A DNA stretch of 64,000 nt from Octopus vulgaris (GCA_951406725.2 OX597814.1:1860001-1924000), one strand, 5' to 3'; positions 41,720 to 56,048 are shown, counted from the first letter of the stretch. Notes: a model not told the origin generated them from the sequence alone. Program-made: numbers and translations.

Positions 41720-42235
41720 TTCCTCCTCCCTCCTCCTCCTCCACCAGCACCATCATCACCACCAACCACCATTACCACCAGCACCAGTACTAGCAGTACC
41801 ACGACCACCACCGCCGCCGCCGCCACCACGACCACGACCACGACCATCACCACCACTGCTGTCACTGCCCCGGACCTGTTCCCATCACCACCACCACCAC
41901 CGCCACCACCGCCGCCACCGCCGCCGTCGCCGCCGCCGCCACCACCACCACCACCACCACCACCACCACCACCACCACCACCACCACCATCAACCCCACC
42001 GCTACCACTGGACCTGTTCCCATCACCACTACCAGCACCACCACCGCCGCCGCCGCCACCGCCGCCGCCACCACAAACACCACCGCCACCACCGCCATCA
42101 CCACCACCGCCGCCACCGCCGCCACCACCACCACCACCACCACCACCACCACCACCACCACCACCACCACCACCACCACCAATACCACTGTCGCCGCCCC
42201 GGACCCCCCCCACCACCGCCACCGCCGCCGCCGCT
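41720..42235. repeat. (CCA)/(CCG) trinucleotide repeat with duplicated GGACCTGTTCCCATCACCA motif
   Basis: Read directly from the sequence. Confidence 0.85.
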
Positions 42236-42860
42236 GGTAAGCAGACGCTTCACTTTTTGTTGGTTTTACTTCTGAGACTGTGTGATGTCATCGTGTTAGA
42301 AAGGAACCAGCCCTGTTTTTAGAGTAGAATGAACGCTGGACCCTCTCTGTAGGACAGGCACACGTCATCACTAGGGCAGTGCTTGTTTATTTCAAGGGAA
42401 GCAATGTTGTTAAGGCCCAGGAGCCGGAGCTTTCAGCACGGTCGCCTGTGTTGGCGCCGCATCTGACATCCGAACCCTTTAATTCCGACAAGGAGCCTTA
42501 TGTTAGTCAGAAGGGAAGGTTTATGTTCAAGTCAAACTGACATTGGTAAAACCTCTCTATTTGACCAATATGGTGTTGTGGTAGTTGTTGTTGTTGTTGC
42601 TATTGTTGGTGGTGGCAGTGGTGGAAGGGATAGCGCTTGTTGTTATTATTTCTGATGGCGGCGATGGATGGTAACAAGAAGATGGACGAAGCGTGAGATG
42701 CAGACGAGAACGGATATCGCATACATATCAGTATGTGTGTGTGTGTGTGTGAGTATTTGTGCACGCATATATGTATATATGTGTGTGTGTATGTGTGAGT
42801 GTATGTGTATGTGGGTGCGCGTGTGTGTGCATTTATATCTCTATATACCTTATATATCTT

Positions 42861-42898
<38 letters not shown>

Positions 42899-43018
42899 GA
42901 TTTGTGTGTATGTATGTCCCTCTCTGTCACACACACTCTCTCTCTTGTACATGTGTAAATGGGAATATTTGGTGTATACATATATAACGCTTATTCGTCG
43001 TTCACGGCGAAAGAAGCG

Positions 43019-43050
<32 letters not shown>

Positions 43051-43116
43051 CATATGTATCTCTCTCTCTCTCTCTCTGTATATATATACATACATATATA
43101 TATATATCACCTAACT

Positions 43117-43800
<684 letters not shown>

Positions 43801-43937
43801 GAGAGAGAGAGGTAGACTTTGCCTTTCATCAATTACGAGGTCGATAAATCAAGTACCAGTTGAGTACTGGGGTCGATGTGATCGATTATACCCCTCCCTC
43901 CCCACAAAATCCAGGCCTTGTGCCTATAGTAGAAAAG

Positions 43938-44014
<77 letters not shown>

Positions 44015-44031
44015 CATTGTTATTATTATTA

Positions 44032-44295
44032 TCCTCTCTATCACAAGTTTTGTTGGCGTTCCTGGAGGCTTACTACCTCTAATCTACGGTACAATGCTAT
44101 TCGTTCTTTTCAGCAAATACTTTCCTGATTATTTTGGTCGTGCCAAAGAGGCAATCTTTTTGTAACAGTTCTACTGGAAACCCTATTCCAATTTCATTTA
44201 TATTCCCCTTCATACATTCTGATACTGCTCCCAAGGACCCAACCATAGTTGGCACTATCTCCACGTCATTTTCCATAGCCGGGCTATTTCGTACT
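44032..44295 (-). pseudogene. Dong/R4-like (RLE) non-LTR retrotransposon 3' end running into (TAA)n
   Basis: VEIVPTMVGSLGAVS...LLQKDCLFGTTKIIRKVF* matches the C-terminus of R4/Dong RLE elements. The 3' end abuts (TAA)n at 43938-44030. Confidence 0.75.
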
Positions 44296-44372
44296 TTCTT
44301 CTTCTTCTTCTTCTTCTTCTTTTTCTTCTTCTTCTTCTTCTTCTTCTTCTTCTTCTTCTTCTTCTTCTTCTT

Positions 44373-44464
<92 letters not shown>

Positions 44465-44494
44465 AACGAGCCCTTGTGGCTAATAAAAGAATAA

Positions 44495-44532
<38 letters not shown>

Positions 44533-44789
44533 ACATTATGCAGAGCTCGAAGCCATCTGTAATAAGAAGAGATTGAATCTATTTATTGAACTGGTTGAAT
44601 TGAACAATATTTTGGCAGAAGAAGAATGACTTCAAAGAACAATGTGCAAGCGGGAACCTTTCTACTAGTGCACCAGTCTTAAAGAAGGGACTCATTCAGC
44701 CGTACACAATAGTATCAGAGCGGGGCAAATAGCGATTAAAATCTGGTAGAAACAATTAGTATATACTTAAACAATGAGTATAAGCATAA

Positions 44790-45405
44790 AGGCGGGGGAA
44801 GCTGGCAGAAACGTTAGTACGTCGGGCGAAATGCTTAGCGGCATTTCGTCCGCCGCTGCTTTATGAGTTCAAATTCCGCCGAAGTCGACTTTGCCTTTCA
44901 TCCTTTCGGGGTCGATAATTAAGTACCAGTTACGCACTGGGATCGTTATAATCGACTCAATCCTTTTGTCTGTCCTTGTTTGTCCCCTCTGTGTTTAGCC
45001 CCTTGTGGGTAGTAAAGAAATAGGTATTTCGTCAGTCTTTATGTTCTAAGTTCGCCGAGGTCAACTTTACCTTTCATCCTTTCGGGGTCGATAAATTTAG
45101 TACCAGTAACGCACTGGGATCGTTATAATCGACTCAATCCGTTTGTTTGTCCTTGTTTGTCCCCTCTGTGTGTAGCCCCTTGTGGGCAGTACAGAAATAA
45201 GAAACGTTAGCACGCCGGGCGAAATGCTCATCGGTATTTCGTCTCTTTTTACGCTCTGAGTTCAAATTCCGACGAGGTCGAATTTGCCTTTCATCCTTTT
45301 GGGGTCGATAAATTAAGTGCTAGGTGCGTACTGGAGTCAATCTAATCGATTGGCCCTCCCCCTTCCCCGAAAATTTAGGTCCTTGTGCCTAGAGTAGAAA
45401 AGAAT
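44790..45405 (+). mobile_element. S1 SINE multimer (three central domains)
   Basis: CCTTTCATCCTTTYGGGGTCGATAA is repeated near 44894, 45070 and 45287. Confidence 0.88.
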
Positions 45406-45877
45406 AAATACGGGGATGAATTTGTTGAGCTCATCCCTTCAGCATAACGCTAAACACTTACCCAAAGTGGAACGTAGACGAATGGAACTCGAGATCATGC
45501 GGTTACAAAGCAAACTCCTTAACCACGAAGCTATCGTTGCCTTTATACGTGTAACCAGTTTCAAGATAGCAAAACTGTAAGGAAAGCAAAATTATATTTT
45601 CTTCAAACAAAATAAAAAGACTCGGTTTCCTTTTGGCCATTCTTCATAGATTGTTTATAACGTGCTTTTGTGATGTATGTGTATTTCAGTCATATAATTC
45701 TGCATATGCGTGTGTATGTGTATGCACTTGCATTATACACATATGCAGGAGTATGTGTGAGTATGTGTGGTGGGTCGTTATGTGTGTACAGCAAGTGCGT
45801 GTTGAGGTGGGTATACATATGTAGATATATAGTTGTAAGTTGACGTGTGTGTTTGTGTACACAAGGAGACACATATA

Positions 45878-45916
<39 letters not shown>

Positions 45917-46048
45917 GTATATATATATGTATATATATATGTATATATATATATTTGTGTGTGTGTGACTGTGTATATGTTCAATGTACACATGAGTGCT
46001 GTATGTGTACATGTGTGTGTACTTGAAATACAGGTGTTTGAATTCGTG

Positions 46049-46096
<48 letters not shown>

Positions 46097-46509
46097 GGTG
46101 TGTGTGGGTATACAGATGCTCATACAGAAAACTATATTCATGTACATATATATACGTACATTCATACACACACGCAAACGCAAACATATATATATATATA
46201 TATGCATATATGTGCACACAGACATACACACACATGCACATATACAGGTGCATATACATAGATATATACATACAAATATGTATGTATATGTTTTTATGTA
46301 CATCTATGCGACTAGGTGTACGTTGAGCTAAGATCACCGGAAGAGATTAGTGAAGTGTGTTTAAGTGTTGGATCACATCTGAAGATCTTAAGACACAGTT
46401 AAAGACTGATCAGATATCAATCAGATCAGCTTAATCGAACACAATCTTGTTCTATACACAGGACTGCCTGATTGTCAGCAGAGACACAAAGCACTTGTAG
46501 TGCATGGAG

Positions 46510-46554
<45 letters not shown>

Positions 46555-46783
46555 TACATACATACACACACACACAGAGAAACACAAGGCAATGCTCACA
46601 GACACACATACACGTGCACAAAAACACACAAACAGACATTCACACACAAACAGACACACACACACACATACACACAAACGCTCACAAACACACAACACAC
46701 ATGCTCACACACAACGACAATGTAAACACTCGCATAAACATCTACAGGCACACACACACACAAACAAACATCTACACATACAT

Positions 46784-46842
<59 letters not shown>

Positions 46843-46843
46843 T

Positions 46844-46927
<84 letters not shown>

Positions 46928-47081
46928 ATCGATACAAAAATGTGCTTGCACACACACACATACGCATATACGCAAGTAATACTTTCACTCACAGACACAA
47001 CTACATACAGAAATACACAGAAACAAAACAAATACGGACACGCACAGATGTTTCTAAAGTTGGACACACAGACACACAGAA

Positions 47082-47145
<64 letters not shown>

Positions 47146-47359
47146 GCACACAGACACACTCCCCCCCCACACACACACACACTCAAATTTGGAGACATGC
47201 ACACTTCAGTCGGCTTCGGTAAAGCATTCATAAACGTTTCCGCCTTTGCAGGGAACAAATCTGGAAGCTTTCATGTTCTTAATAGTGTTGAGGTGGCCAT
47301 AAGTAGATATCACGTGATCACGTAAAGAGGGGTCAGAATTGACCACCTTAAGCTTTGGC

Positions 47360-48391
47360 TTTATTTTGATAATCCTAACGAGAGAAATCAGTGGCTTTGT
47401 TCTGGACAGGCTTTAGAACTTGTGGTGAAACAAGGGCGGTTTGAACTGAAGGTCATGTTGTGCGTTTGGTGGAATTTCGGCGAGGTGTTCCACTTCGAAC
47501 TTGTCCCGGGTGGTCATGCTGAAAAGAACTGCAAGAACGGGTATATAATGTTTTGAAGGCTTGCTACCCTGCTTTTATTTCTTTATTGCCCACAGGGGAC
47601 TAAACGTAGAGGGGACAAACAAGGACAGACGATGGGTTTAAGCCGATTATCTCGACCCCAGTGGGTAACTGGTACTTATTCAATCGGCCCCGAAAGGATG
47701 AAAGGCAAACTCGACCTCGGCGGAATTTGAGCTCAGAACATAGGACAGATGAAATACCTATTTCTTTACTACCCACAAGGGGCTAAACAAAGAGAGGACA
47801 AACAAGGACAGACAAAGGGATTAAGTCGATTACATCGACCCCAGTGCGTAACTGGTTCTTTATTTATCAACCCCGAAAGGATGAAAGGCAAAGTCGACCT
47901 CGGCGGAATTTGAACTCAGAACGTAACGGCAGACGAAATACCGCTAAGCATTTCGCCCGGCGTGTTATCGTTCCTGCCAGCTCGCCACCTGCTACCCAGC
48001 ATTGATCAATTGAAGAGGGTGCGCTCCTACGGTATGACAATGTCTCGGCATACACTACCAGTGTGACCAGGCACAAACCCGAGAAATTTGAGGGGCTGGA
48101 AGTGCTGCCTCACCCTGCCTATGGTCTAAACCTTGCACCACATGATTACCATCTTTTCCAAGCCATGGCTCTTCGCTAGATGGACAGAGACGCAAAAACG
48201 TGGATGAGGTTGAAGACGGATGCAGGGAGGTTTTGCCTCTAAACCACTAGAATTGAGCTTTTGGCACAACAATGGCAACAGACAACAGAATATGATGGGG
48301 TTTATTCTGAGGAATAAACGCTTTTCATTTGTAATTTGTTTGGACTATTAATTAAAACTTGAAATACCAAAAAATGTTTTGACTCAACCTG
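47360..48391 (+). mobile_element. Mariner transposase remnant split by an S1 SINE dimer
   Basis: KVMLCVWWNF..HFELVP..CYPA | CYPALIN..DN..LEVLPHPAYGLNLAPHDYHLF. A terminal TTTTGACTCAACCTG is present. Confidence 0.85.
47575..47988 (-). mobile_element. S1 SINE dimer with target-site duplication
   Basis: Flanked by TGCTACCCTGC (47562-47572) and TGCTACCCAGC (47990-48000). Confidence 0.9.
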
Positions 48392-48958
48392 GTGTATGTA
48401 TGTATGTATGTATGTATGTATGTATGTATGTATGTATGTATGTATGTATGTGTGTATGTATGTATATATGTATGTATGTATGTATGTGTGTATGTATGTA
48501 TGTGTGTATGTATGTATGTATGTATGTGTGTATGTATGTATGTATGTGTTTGTGTGCGTATTTGTTCCCTTCTGTTTGTGATTGTATCCCACCACCGTTT
48601 AATAACCGGTGTTGGCTTGTTTTCTTCCACGTAATTTGGCGGTTCGGCAAAAGCTCGGTCAGGCTTAAAAATAAGTACTACGAGCGATTTCTTCGACTAA
48701 ACTCTTTAAGGCAGTGCTACAACATGGCCACAGTGGAACGACTAAAACAAATAAAAGAAAAAAAGATCAGAGATATATCTACTGATACTAATGTTTGCTT
48801 TCATGACGAGTCATAGATAGAAATTTACCATTAAATGGAAGAAGTACTCAATACTTGTAAGTGGTGTATTTCCTTGTTTATCTTTTATAAGGAGAGTGAC
48901 AGTGACTTCGAACTTTATTAAGTTTTTATTTAATTGCTCCTTAACGTACTTTTATCAC

Positions 48959-48997
<39 letters not shown>

Positions 48998-49084
48998 CAT
49001 GGCTAAATTCACAATCATTTCCATCGTAGGTTCTCAAACTGAACATGACCAACTTTTAGATTTAAACCAGCATTTTTTTTTTTT

Positions 49085-49275
49085 TCTTTGCTACCCACAA
49101 GGGGCTAAACACAGAGGAAACAAACAAGGACAAACAAAGGGATTAAGTCGATTACATCGTCCCCAGTGCGTAACTGGTACTTATTTAATCGACACCGAAG
49201 GGATGAAAGGCAAAGTCGACCTCAGCGAAATTTGAACTCAGAACGTAATGGCAGATGAAATACCGCTAAGCATTC
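49085..49275 (-). mobile_element. S1 SINE, 5'-truncated
   Basis: Homologous to 47760-47950. Confidence 0.85.
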
Positions 49276-49835
49276 ATTTCAACCAGCATTTATAACCCTT
49301 GGCGGTTTTTATTCAATAAATTTTTTAATAACTTCATAGACAAGCAGAAAAAGAAGGGAGGAGGACCTCACTAAATGCTTCCACGTTTTATGCGTATAAA
49401 GCTGTTTCGTTTTAAATATTCTCTTTGTCCTGTATTGCGTTGAGGTTTCTTCATTTTTGGAATGGCACGGTTGATATAATATGTTAATATTGTAGCTTCT
49501 TATTTTTATAGAATGTCTCCATTATCCAAGAGTGTGGAATTTTATCTAAAGCTTTTTGGTAATCAATCTCAACCAGGCTGAGCTATTTTCTCTTTTTACT
49601 GTCTTCAGTAATTGCTCGGTTCACCAGCAACTTCTTCCTATTCGCACACTTACCTTTAATCCTGTCCTCTTCCTTCTCTCCACCGCCCCCACCCCACACC
49701 CGATAAAATGAGCGGTTTGAAGAAATGTAGGTCTGTAGTGATTTTGTTTTACGAATAAATATCGATTTTTCCTCTCCGCTGATCCTTCGCTTATTTATTC
49801 TAGTCTGTTTACTAATCCGTTAAATAATAATTATA

Positions 49836-50185
49836 CAGGGTGCAACAAAAACCTGGAATTCGTCATTCTTGATAAACGCTTCTTCAGGAAAGCGTAAGGT
49901 GTGTTCTACCGATCAAAACCCTGAGGATAACTAAATAAACTAACACACACAAAATAAATAAAACCAAAAATTACAGAACATCAGCTTAATAAAGACACCA
50001 TCCTTATCTTCACTTTTATCTCACCAACTGTCGTCTGCTAATTGGTGGGTTTTTTCTTGACAAATCCTCTTGTACTTAAAACCCTAACAAGAAGATGAAC
50101 GTTTGGCTCGGTAGAACACACCTTACGCTTTCCTGAAGAAGCGTTTGTCAAGAATGACGAATTCCAGGTTTTTTGTTGCACCCTG
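49836..50185. mobile_element. MITE (Tc1/mariner-type), ~77-bp TIRs, TA TSD
   Basis: TA|CAGGGTGCAACAAAAACCTGGAATTC...CTACCGA (49836-49912) matches its near-perfect reverse complement at 50108-50185|TA. Confidence 0.92.
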
Positions 50186-50899
50186 TATAAGACATATTAG
50201 GGTTTTCCAAAACTACAAGCTGTACATTTCATAAAATAACCGTGATAGACATAACCTACATCCAATGCAGGGGTGATTACACTTTCTGGTGTTTCGGGGC
50301 TTTCAACCTCAAACACTCTGATCAAGAAGACCCAGTAAGGTTTGGTGACACCCCGCCTTGTGTCCATTTAGCACTTTCCCCTTCGCTACACAATTAAATA
50401 TCCTAATCTACACAGCTCAGGTCCTATATATATATTCACTAACGAATATAATATCAATCCAACTCATGCTCTTACATCGCGTTCACATCTGACACTATAA
50501 CACTCTCACTCATGGACTACCAATAGCACTCACACCAGGGATAGTCAATGTGCGTATGTGTGTATGCATATGTATGTATGTATGTATGCATGTATGTATG
50601 TATGTATGCATGTATGTATGTATGTATGTATGTATGTATGTATGTATGTATGTATGTATCTATGTATGTATGTATGTATGTATGTATGTATGTATGTACG
50701 TACGTACGTATGTATGTATGTATGTATGTATGTATGTATGTATGTATGCATGTATGTATGTATGTATGTATGTATGTATGTATGTATGTATGTATGTATG
50801 GGTATGTATGCAAGGGCATATTATGTATATATGTGTGTACGCATGATTTTTGCTTGTACTTATATTCACATGCATGTATATATGTAAATGTAAATATGT

Positions 50900-51080
50900 G
50901 TGACCGCGAGCGTACCGTTGGCGATTTTTTCCTCTGTCTTTCCTTCTCCTATGTTTCCGACGAAGAGCTCCGCTCGAAACGTTAAACCCTCCTTCATTCC
51001 TGAGCGTCCAATAATACTATATTTGTTCCACGTCCTCGCGTTGTTGTGTGTTTTTGTGCTTTCTTGTGTGGATTAACTAT
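50900..51080 (+). mobile_element. Penelope pLTR-like family A copy with minimal HHR-like motif at 50953-50987
   Basis: GUUU-CCGACGA-A-GAGCuccGCUC-GAAAC-GUU^AAAC. The copy ends in (TA)n. Confidence 0.7.
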
Positions 51081-51481
51081 ATATATATATATATGTATAT
51101 ATTGCTGTTGATCTGTCGTATGTCCAAATTTGGCAAAATGCATTTTTCTTTCTGTATTTAATTTTGCTTCCAAAAGCCGGTTCTTTAGGTCAAGCTATCG
51201 TATCTAACTGTTTCAGATGCCCAGATATGAAAAACTGTCAAAGTGTAGTACAACAGTTTAACATTATTTCAAAAGTGTAGTAAGTCCTACATATGTCAGT
51301 TTTGCAAAAGTATTTCTGACTGAAAATATCGTACATGTATAGAGTTATGATTCTATGCACCCAACAATCTGAAACTGTTGCTAATATAAAAAGAAATGGA
51401 ATGGTGAAAGTATTTTTTCTTTACCTGAAAAAGCAACATTTGGACTTACAACACTTTTGCATAATAACAACAATATATATA

Positions 51482-51900
51482 CAGGGCGAATGGAAAGTAA
51501 CTTTCTATTTTAAAATACTTATAAATTATTTATTAATTGTAATTTTTACAAAAAAATAATTGGATATGAGAAGAAACCTTTTAGTATGGGGTTTTATTTA
51601 AAATTGGATATGGGCACCAGATGTCGCCACCAGCTTTTTAAGTCTCCCAGGAATTGCATCAACTGATTGCACGAGGAACTCCGATGTGATGGAAAGACTT
51701 ATAACTTCTCGTATTCGCTCTTCAAGTTCTTCCAAAGTCTTTCGTTTGGTACGGCAGACTTGCTCCTTTAACCAACCTCAAAGAAAGAAGTCACAGGATG
51801 TTAAGTTGGGACTTCTGGCTGACCATTCATGCGGACAACAATGACACATCCATCTCCTGGGAAAGAGGGCATTCGGTCATTTGTGAATGATAAGAGCAAT
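51482..51900 (-). mobile_element. Tc1/mariner-superfamily transposon 3' remnant
   Basis: WSARSPNLTSCDFFL*GWLKEQV..KTLEELEERIRE..GAHIQF*. The terminus TA|CAGGGCG is at 51482. Confidence 0.8.
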
Positions 51901-52018
51901 ATAATTAAAGAATTAATTCTCAAAAAAACAAATACAAAGAAAAAAATGAGAAAAAAATTACAATTAATAAATAATTTATAAGTATTTTAAAATAGGGAGC
52001 TGCACGTCAATTATCCTG

Positions 52019-52076
<58 letters not shown>

Positions 52077-52359
52077 CATGCATATATGCATACACACGTG
52101 GTAAACAATGGGTATAACAGGAATCAAAGTGAGCAGACATGGAGGTAATTATGCAAATAAAAACATTAAATATAGCAACTGGGGTTTGATAGACATACAT
52201 ACATATGCGTGTGTGTATTTATACTATATATATACATATGTATATATATATGTGTGTGTGTGTGTGTGTGGAAAAATATATAAAAAGTGGAAGAGAAATG
52301 GCTTCGTTTCATATAGTTTAATACGTCCACCTTCAATAAATTTTTGTCGAATGAATCGA

Positions 52360-52618
52360 CAGCAGTACTTTTTTTCTTGGTACCTGGTGCTTATCTTGTC
52401 GTTCTTTTTAACCGAACGACCAAGTTAAAGGGACGTAAATACACTAACACCGGTTTCCAAGCGATGGTGGTGTTGGTGGGGGGGGGGGCGCCCAACACAA
52501 ACACGAAGACACACAGATACACACATACAAATACGTAGACCTATACGTCGGGCTTCTTTTGGTTTCCGTCAACCAAATCCGCTCACAAGGCTTGGGTCGG
52601 CCCGGGGCTATTGTAGAA
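52360..52618 (-). mobile_element. SINE family S2 internal fragment
   Basis: Homologous to 27300-27505. Confidence 0.7.
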
Positions 52619-52977
52619 CAGTGCTTCTCAAACTATCTGATGTACCGGCAGTTTTTTCCAGTGTGCCAGGGACCGGTAATATTTCTTAGTAATATTAATT
52701 TATACCGAAAACGATATATATATAATTACGGAGATGTACTTGTATAGCAAGTGACCTGATCTGAGATTGTGTGCTGGAACAGAAACAATTGCAGCATGGA
52801 AGGTGTTTATAAGCCATTTAAGAAACACACAAAAACCGTTAGATTCACTTCAACATTTGAATTTAATTTGCCAAAATATTTTCGTCGATTTCATACCGCG
52901 ACCTGTTCACTGACAAAATTCTGTGCTGCATCTCAGCGTCTCAGCATCTCAGAGATACAGCACCTTCCACTACTGCA

Positions 52978-53018
<41 letters not shown>

Positions 53019-53784
53019 GCGTATATTTGCATCAGGAAAAGACTCACACACATACAAAATCGCATACACAAGCAGATATAATCTTCTATGGTGACATTAT
53101 GAATGCGCGTGTATAAGATGTTCTTAGTGTGAGAAAGTCTTTCTACATCATCAAAATATTGCGGAGTGTATAATATGACCACCTTGAAGTGATGTGTGTT
53201 TAAGTGACATGGAATAATAAACAGGCTGACAGAAAGACAGAAGGTACAGTGTATCCATTGACGGAGGTACAGTGTATCTCTCCTGAAATGTCAAAAACGG
53301 AGCTAAAACATATACACCCGTTGTTGGAGTGGCAGGGTGGGTAGTGAGTGGAAAGGGGTCAAAAAGGATATGCGTATTCGTGTATTTATGTATGTATATT
53401 TGTGTGTTTGTGTGTGTGTGTGTTTGTGTGCGCGCGTGTGTATAGGTATGCGTGTGTATGCGTAGACATAGATAACTAGATAGATGACTAGATAGAGAAA
53501 TAGAGAAATAGAAAGATAGATAGATAGATGGATTAATTGATTGATTGCTTGCTAAGGAAGTAGATATCGAAAGATATGTAAGTATATATGTGTGTGTGCG
53601 CGCACGAGCTTGTCTGTGTGTCCGTGTGTGTGTGTACGCATACATCTATGGCTGTATGTAAGAATATACGTGTGGGCGTGTGAGTGTGCCTGTGTGTGTA
53701 TGTATGCATCTATGTGCATTTCTAAGTATGTATGCATTTATGTATGTAGATGAATACATAAATATATATGTTTGTATATATATA

Positions 53785-54180
53785 CTAGCAGTATCGCCCG
53801 GCGTTGCTCGGGTTTGTAAGGGAAATAACTATATAAGCATTTTTAGAGAGTTATAGCCAAAAAATAGCAAAAAAATGCATTAAAAATGGAAAAAAAGTCA
53901 TGGTAAATTTTTTTTTAATCGTTGACTCATCGTAGACATTTTTAGAGAGTTACTTCCCTTATAAAATAGCGGAAAAATGCATTAAAATGGAAAAAAATGA
54001 TGCTAAATTATTTTTAAAATCGTAGACTCATCGTAGACGCGCGCTAATACCCAGAAGGGCTCGATATGAATCACGACTATAAGATACCCGCTTTTGGTTA
54101 CACTGCACCGCAAAATGTGGGAGTAGTTAGGAATCTAAATCGTTGGAGACAGACACACAACTTGACTTTTATATATAAAG

Positions 54181-54181
<1 letters not shown>
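53785..54181 (-). mobile_element. Non-autonomous Helitron
   Basis: The minus strand begins A|TC at 54181 and ends with the hairpin CCCGAGCAACGCCGGG (53797-53812) followed by CTAG|T. It has an internal ~100-bp direct duplication. Confidence 0.8.
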
Positions 54182-54219
<38 letters not shown>

Positions 54220-54276
54220 CATATATATATACATGTGTATATACATATATACACATATATAGAGATACATACATAC

Positions 54277-54314
<38 letters not shown>

Positions 54315-54539
54315 TTGTATATTTGTTATGTGTGTGTGTGCGCGTGCGTGCGTATATCTGTGTAATCCTCATGAGGGTGCTAGACTTTATTTAGAAACGG
54401 CCACTGTTCCGTGTCCAGTAGTTCAAAGAAAAGAGTCTACTTTCTTTCTACCCTTAGTCATCCGACGACCTTTCTTCTGGCTCCGATTTATGTTTTGTTT
54501 TTCAATACAGGTCCATGAATGACTTTTACTCTTAGACAA

Positions 54540-55592
54540 AAATCATCGCATCATACGGAGTATATACAACGGAGTATGATACAAAGATGCGAGCACTTAG
54601 TGTTGCATCAGTATTGAACGAAACTCCGCGCATAGCATTTGAAAGAGATCGAAAGAGGTGGAAATCCGTTGGTGCCAAATCAGGAGAGGAGGCGTGTGTG
54701 GCAGCACTTCCCAGCCATGTGTTTGAATGGCTTCCTTGGTCATATTGGCGATATGAGGGCGGGCGTTGTCGTGCAGCAGAAGAACTCCATGCTGACGATT
54801 AGGTCTTTTCTCTTGAATAGCCGTGTTGAGTCGTTCCACCTGTTGAACATAGAGTTCCGCGTTGACCGTTTGGTTCCGTTCAAGGAATTCGTAATGGATA
54901 ATCCCTTCCCAGTCCCACCATACACACATTATCGTTTTACGCGGATGAAGATCTTGTTTTACGCGCGGTGTCGCTTGTTTAACGGGGCTAAGCCATTCCT
55001 TACGCTGCTTCATATTGATGTACAGGTACCATCTTTCGTCGCCAGCAACGATTCGGTAAAGAAATCGTTGTTTGTGTCCATGAGTTGAGCGGTGACGAGC
55101 AAGCAAACCAGCGAAGATTGTGGCTCGTTGAGTTTTGTTGTTGTCACTTAAAGCATGCTGAACCCACGCTCCATACTTCTGAACCTTTCCCATCGAGTGA
55201 AGATGCTTCTCTATAGCAGTGTTGGAGCATTCCATTTTCTCTGCCAGTTCTCTTGTCATTTGATGAGAATTTTCGTGCAAAAGTTGGTTTAATTTTTGAA
55301 CTTGGCAAAAGATACAAACATCGCGAGCCGCTTTTGCGGCCTTAGAACCTTGATTAAAAGCAAAAAGAAGGTGTCGAAAATGCTCGTTTTCCTTAACTTG
55401 ACAATCCATTTTAATGATCTGAAAATAAACGAAAATTAACTATAGTTAACTAAAAAAAAAGCAAAAACAAAATAGATTCCAAAATGATTGAAAAATAGAA
55501 TTCCCGAAAAATAATAGATTCCAAAATTTAAAAACGCAATAAATTCCAAAAATTTAAAAAAGAAAATGGCGGGAACTTAGTTGCCAACCCAA
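54540..55592 (-). mobile_element. Mariner (DD34D) element with internally deleted, frameshifted transposase
   Basis: TIR TA|TTGGGTTGGCAACTAAGTT at 55592. ORF 54597..55409 contains EHFRHLL, WVQHAL, GDERW, CVWWDWEG and HDNARPH; the PDLAPTDF motif is out of frame. Confidence 0.92.
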
Positions 55593-55599
55593 TAAATAA

Positions 55600-55860
55600 T
55601 GTACATTTGGGAGAAGCGTAGGAAGTCCAGAGATGAGATGATCAATTGTTACGCTGGCTGCCCCACAAAAGCGGTAGGCAGGATCGGCACAATTTTGGTA
55701 GTTTCTGGCAGGCAGACGCTGATCCTGACCTGCTGTAACGAGGCCCTGATGCATCGTGTTTGTATTAAAATACCCGGATGGCTGGCCCTTGTAGGGGACT
55801 CAACGTTCGATGCCTTATTTTTGCATCTATTTTGCAGCTCGGAAATTCAATTACAAAAGA
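55600..55860 (-). pseudogene. Dong/R4-like retrotransposon zinc-knuckle remnant
   Basis: GLVTAGQDQRLPARNYQ..DPAYRFCG..TIDHLISG resembles the AAQDQ.L.TRNY..CR.C..ETIDHI.SGC region of R4/Dong elements. Confidence 0.7.
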
Positions 55861-55861
55861 A

Positions 55862-55901
55862 ATCATCATCATCATCATCATCATCATCGTCATCATCATC
55901 G

Positions 55902-55951
<50 letters not shown>

Positions 55952-56048
55952 GTCATCGTCATCATCATCATCATCATCATCATCGTCATCATCATCATTT
56001 TCATCATCATCATCATCATCATCGTCATCGTCATCATCATCATCATCG

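Noticed and set aside
54368-54405. CTCATGA...GAAACGGCC hammerhead-like remnant (similarly 38817-38845 and 9950-10022)
   Set aside because: Too many core deviations to distinguish from chance without a family alignment.
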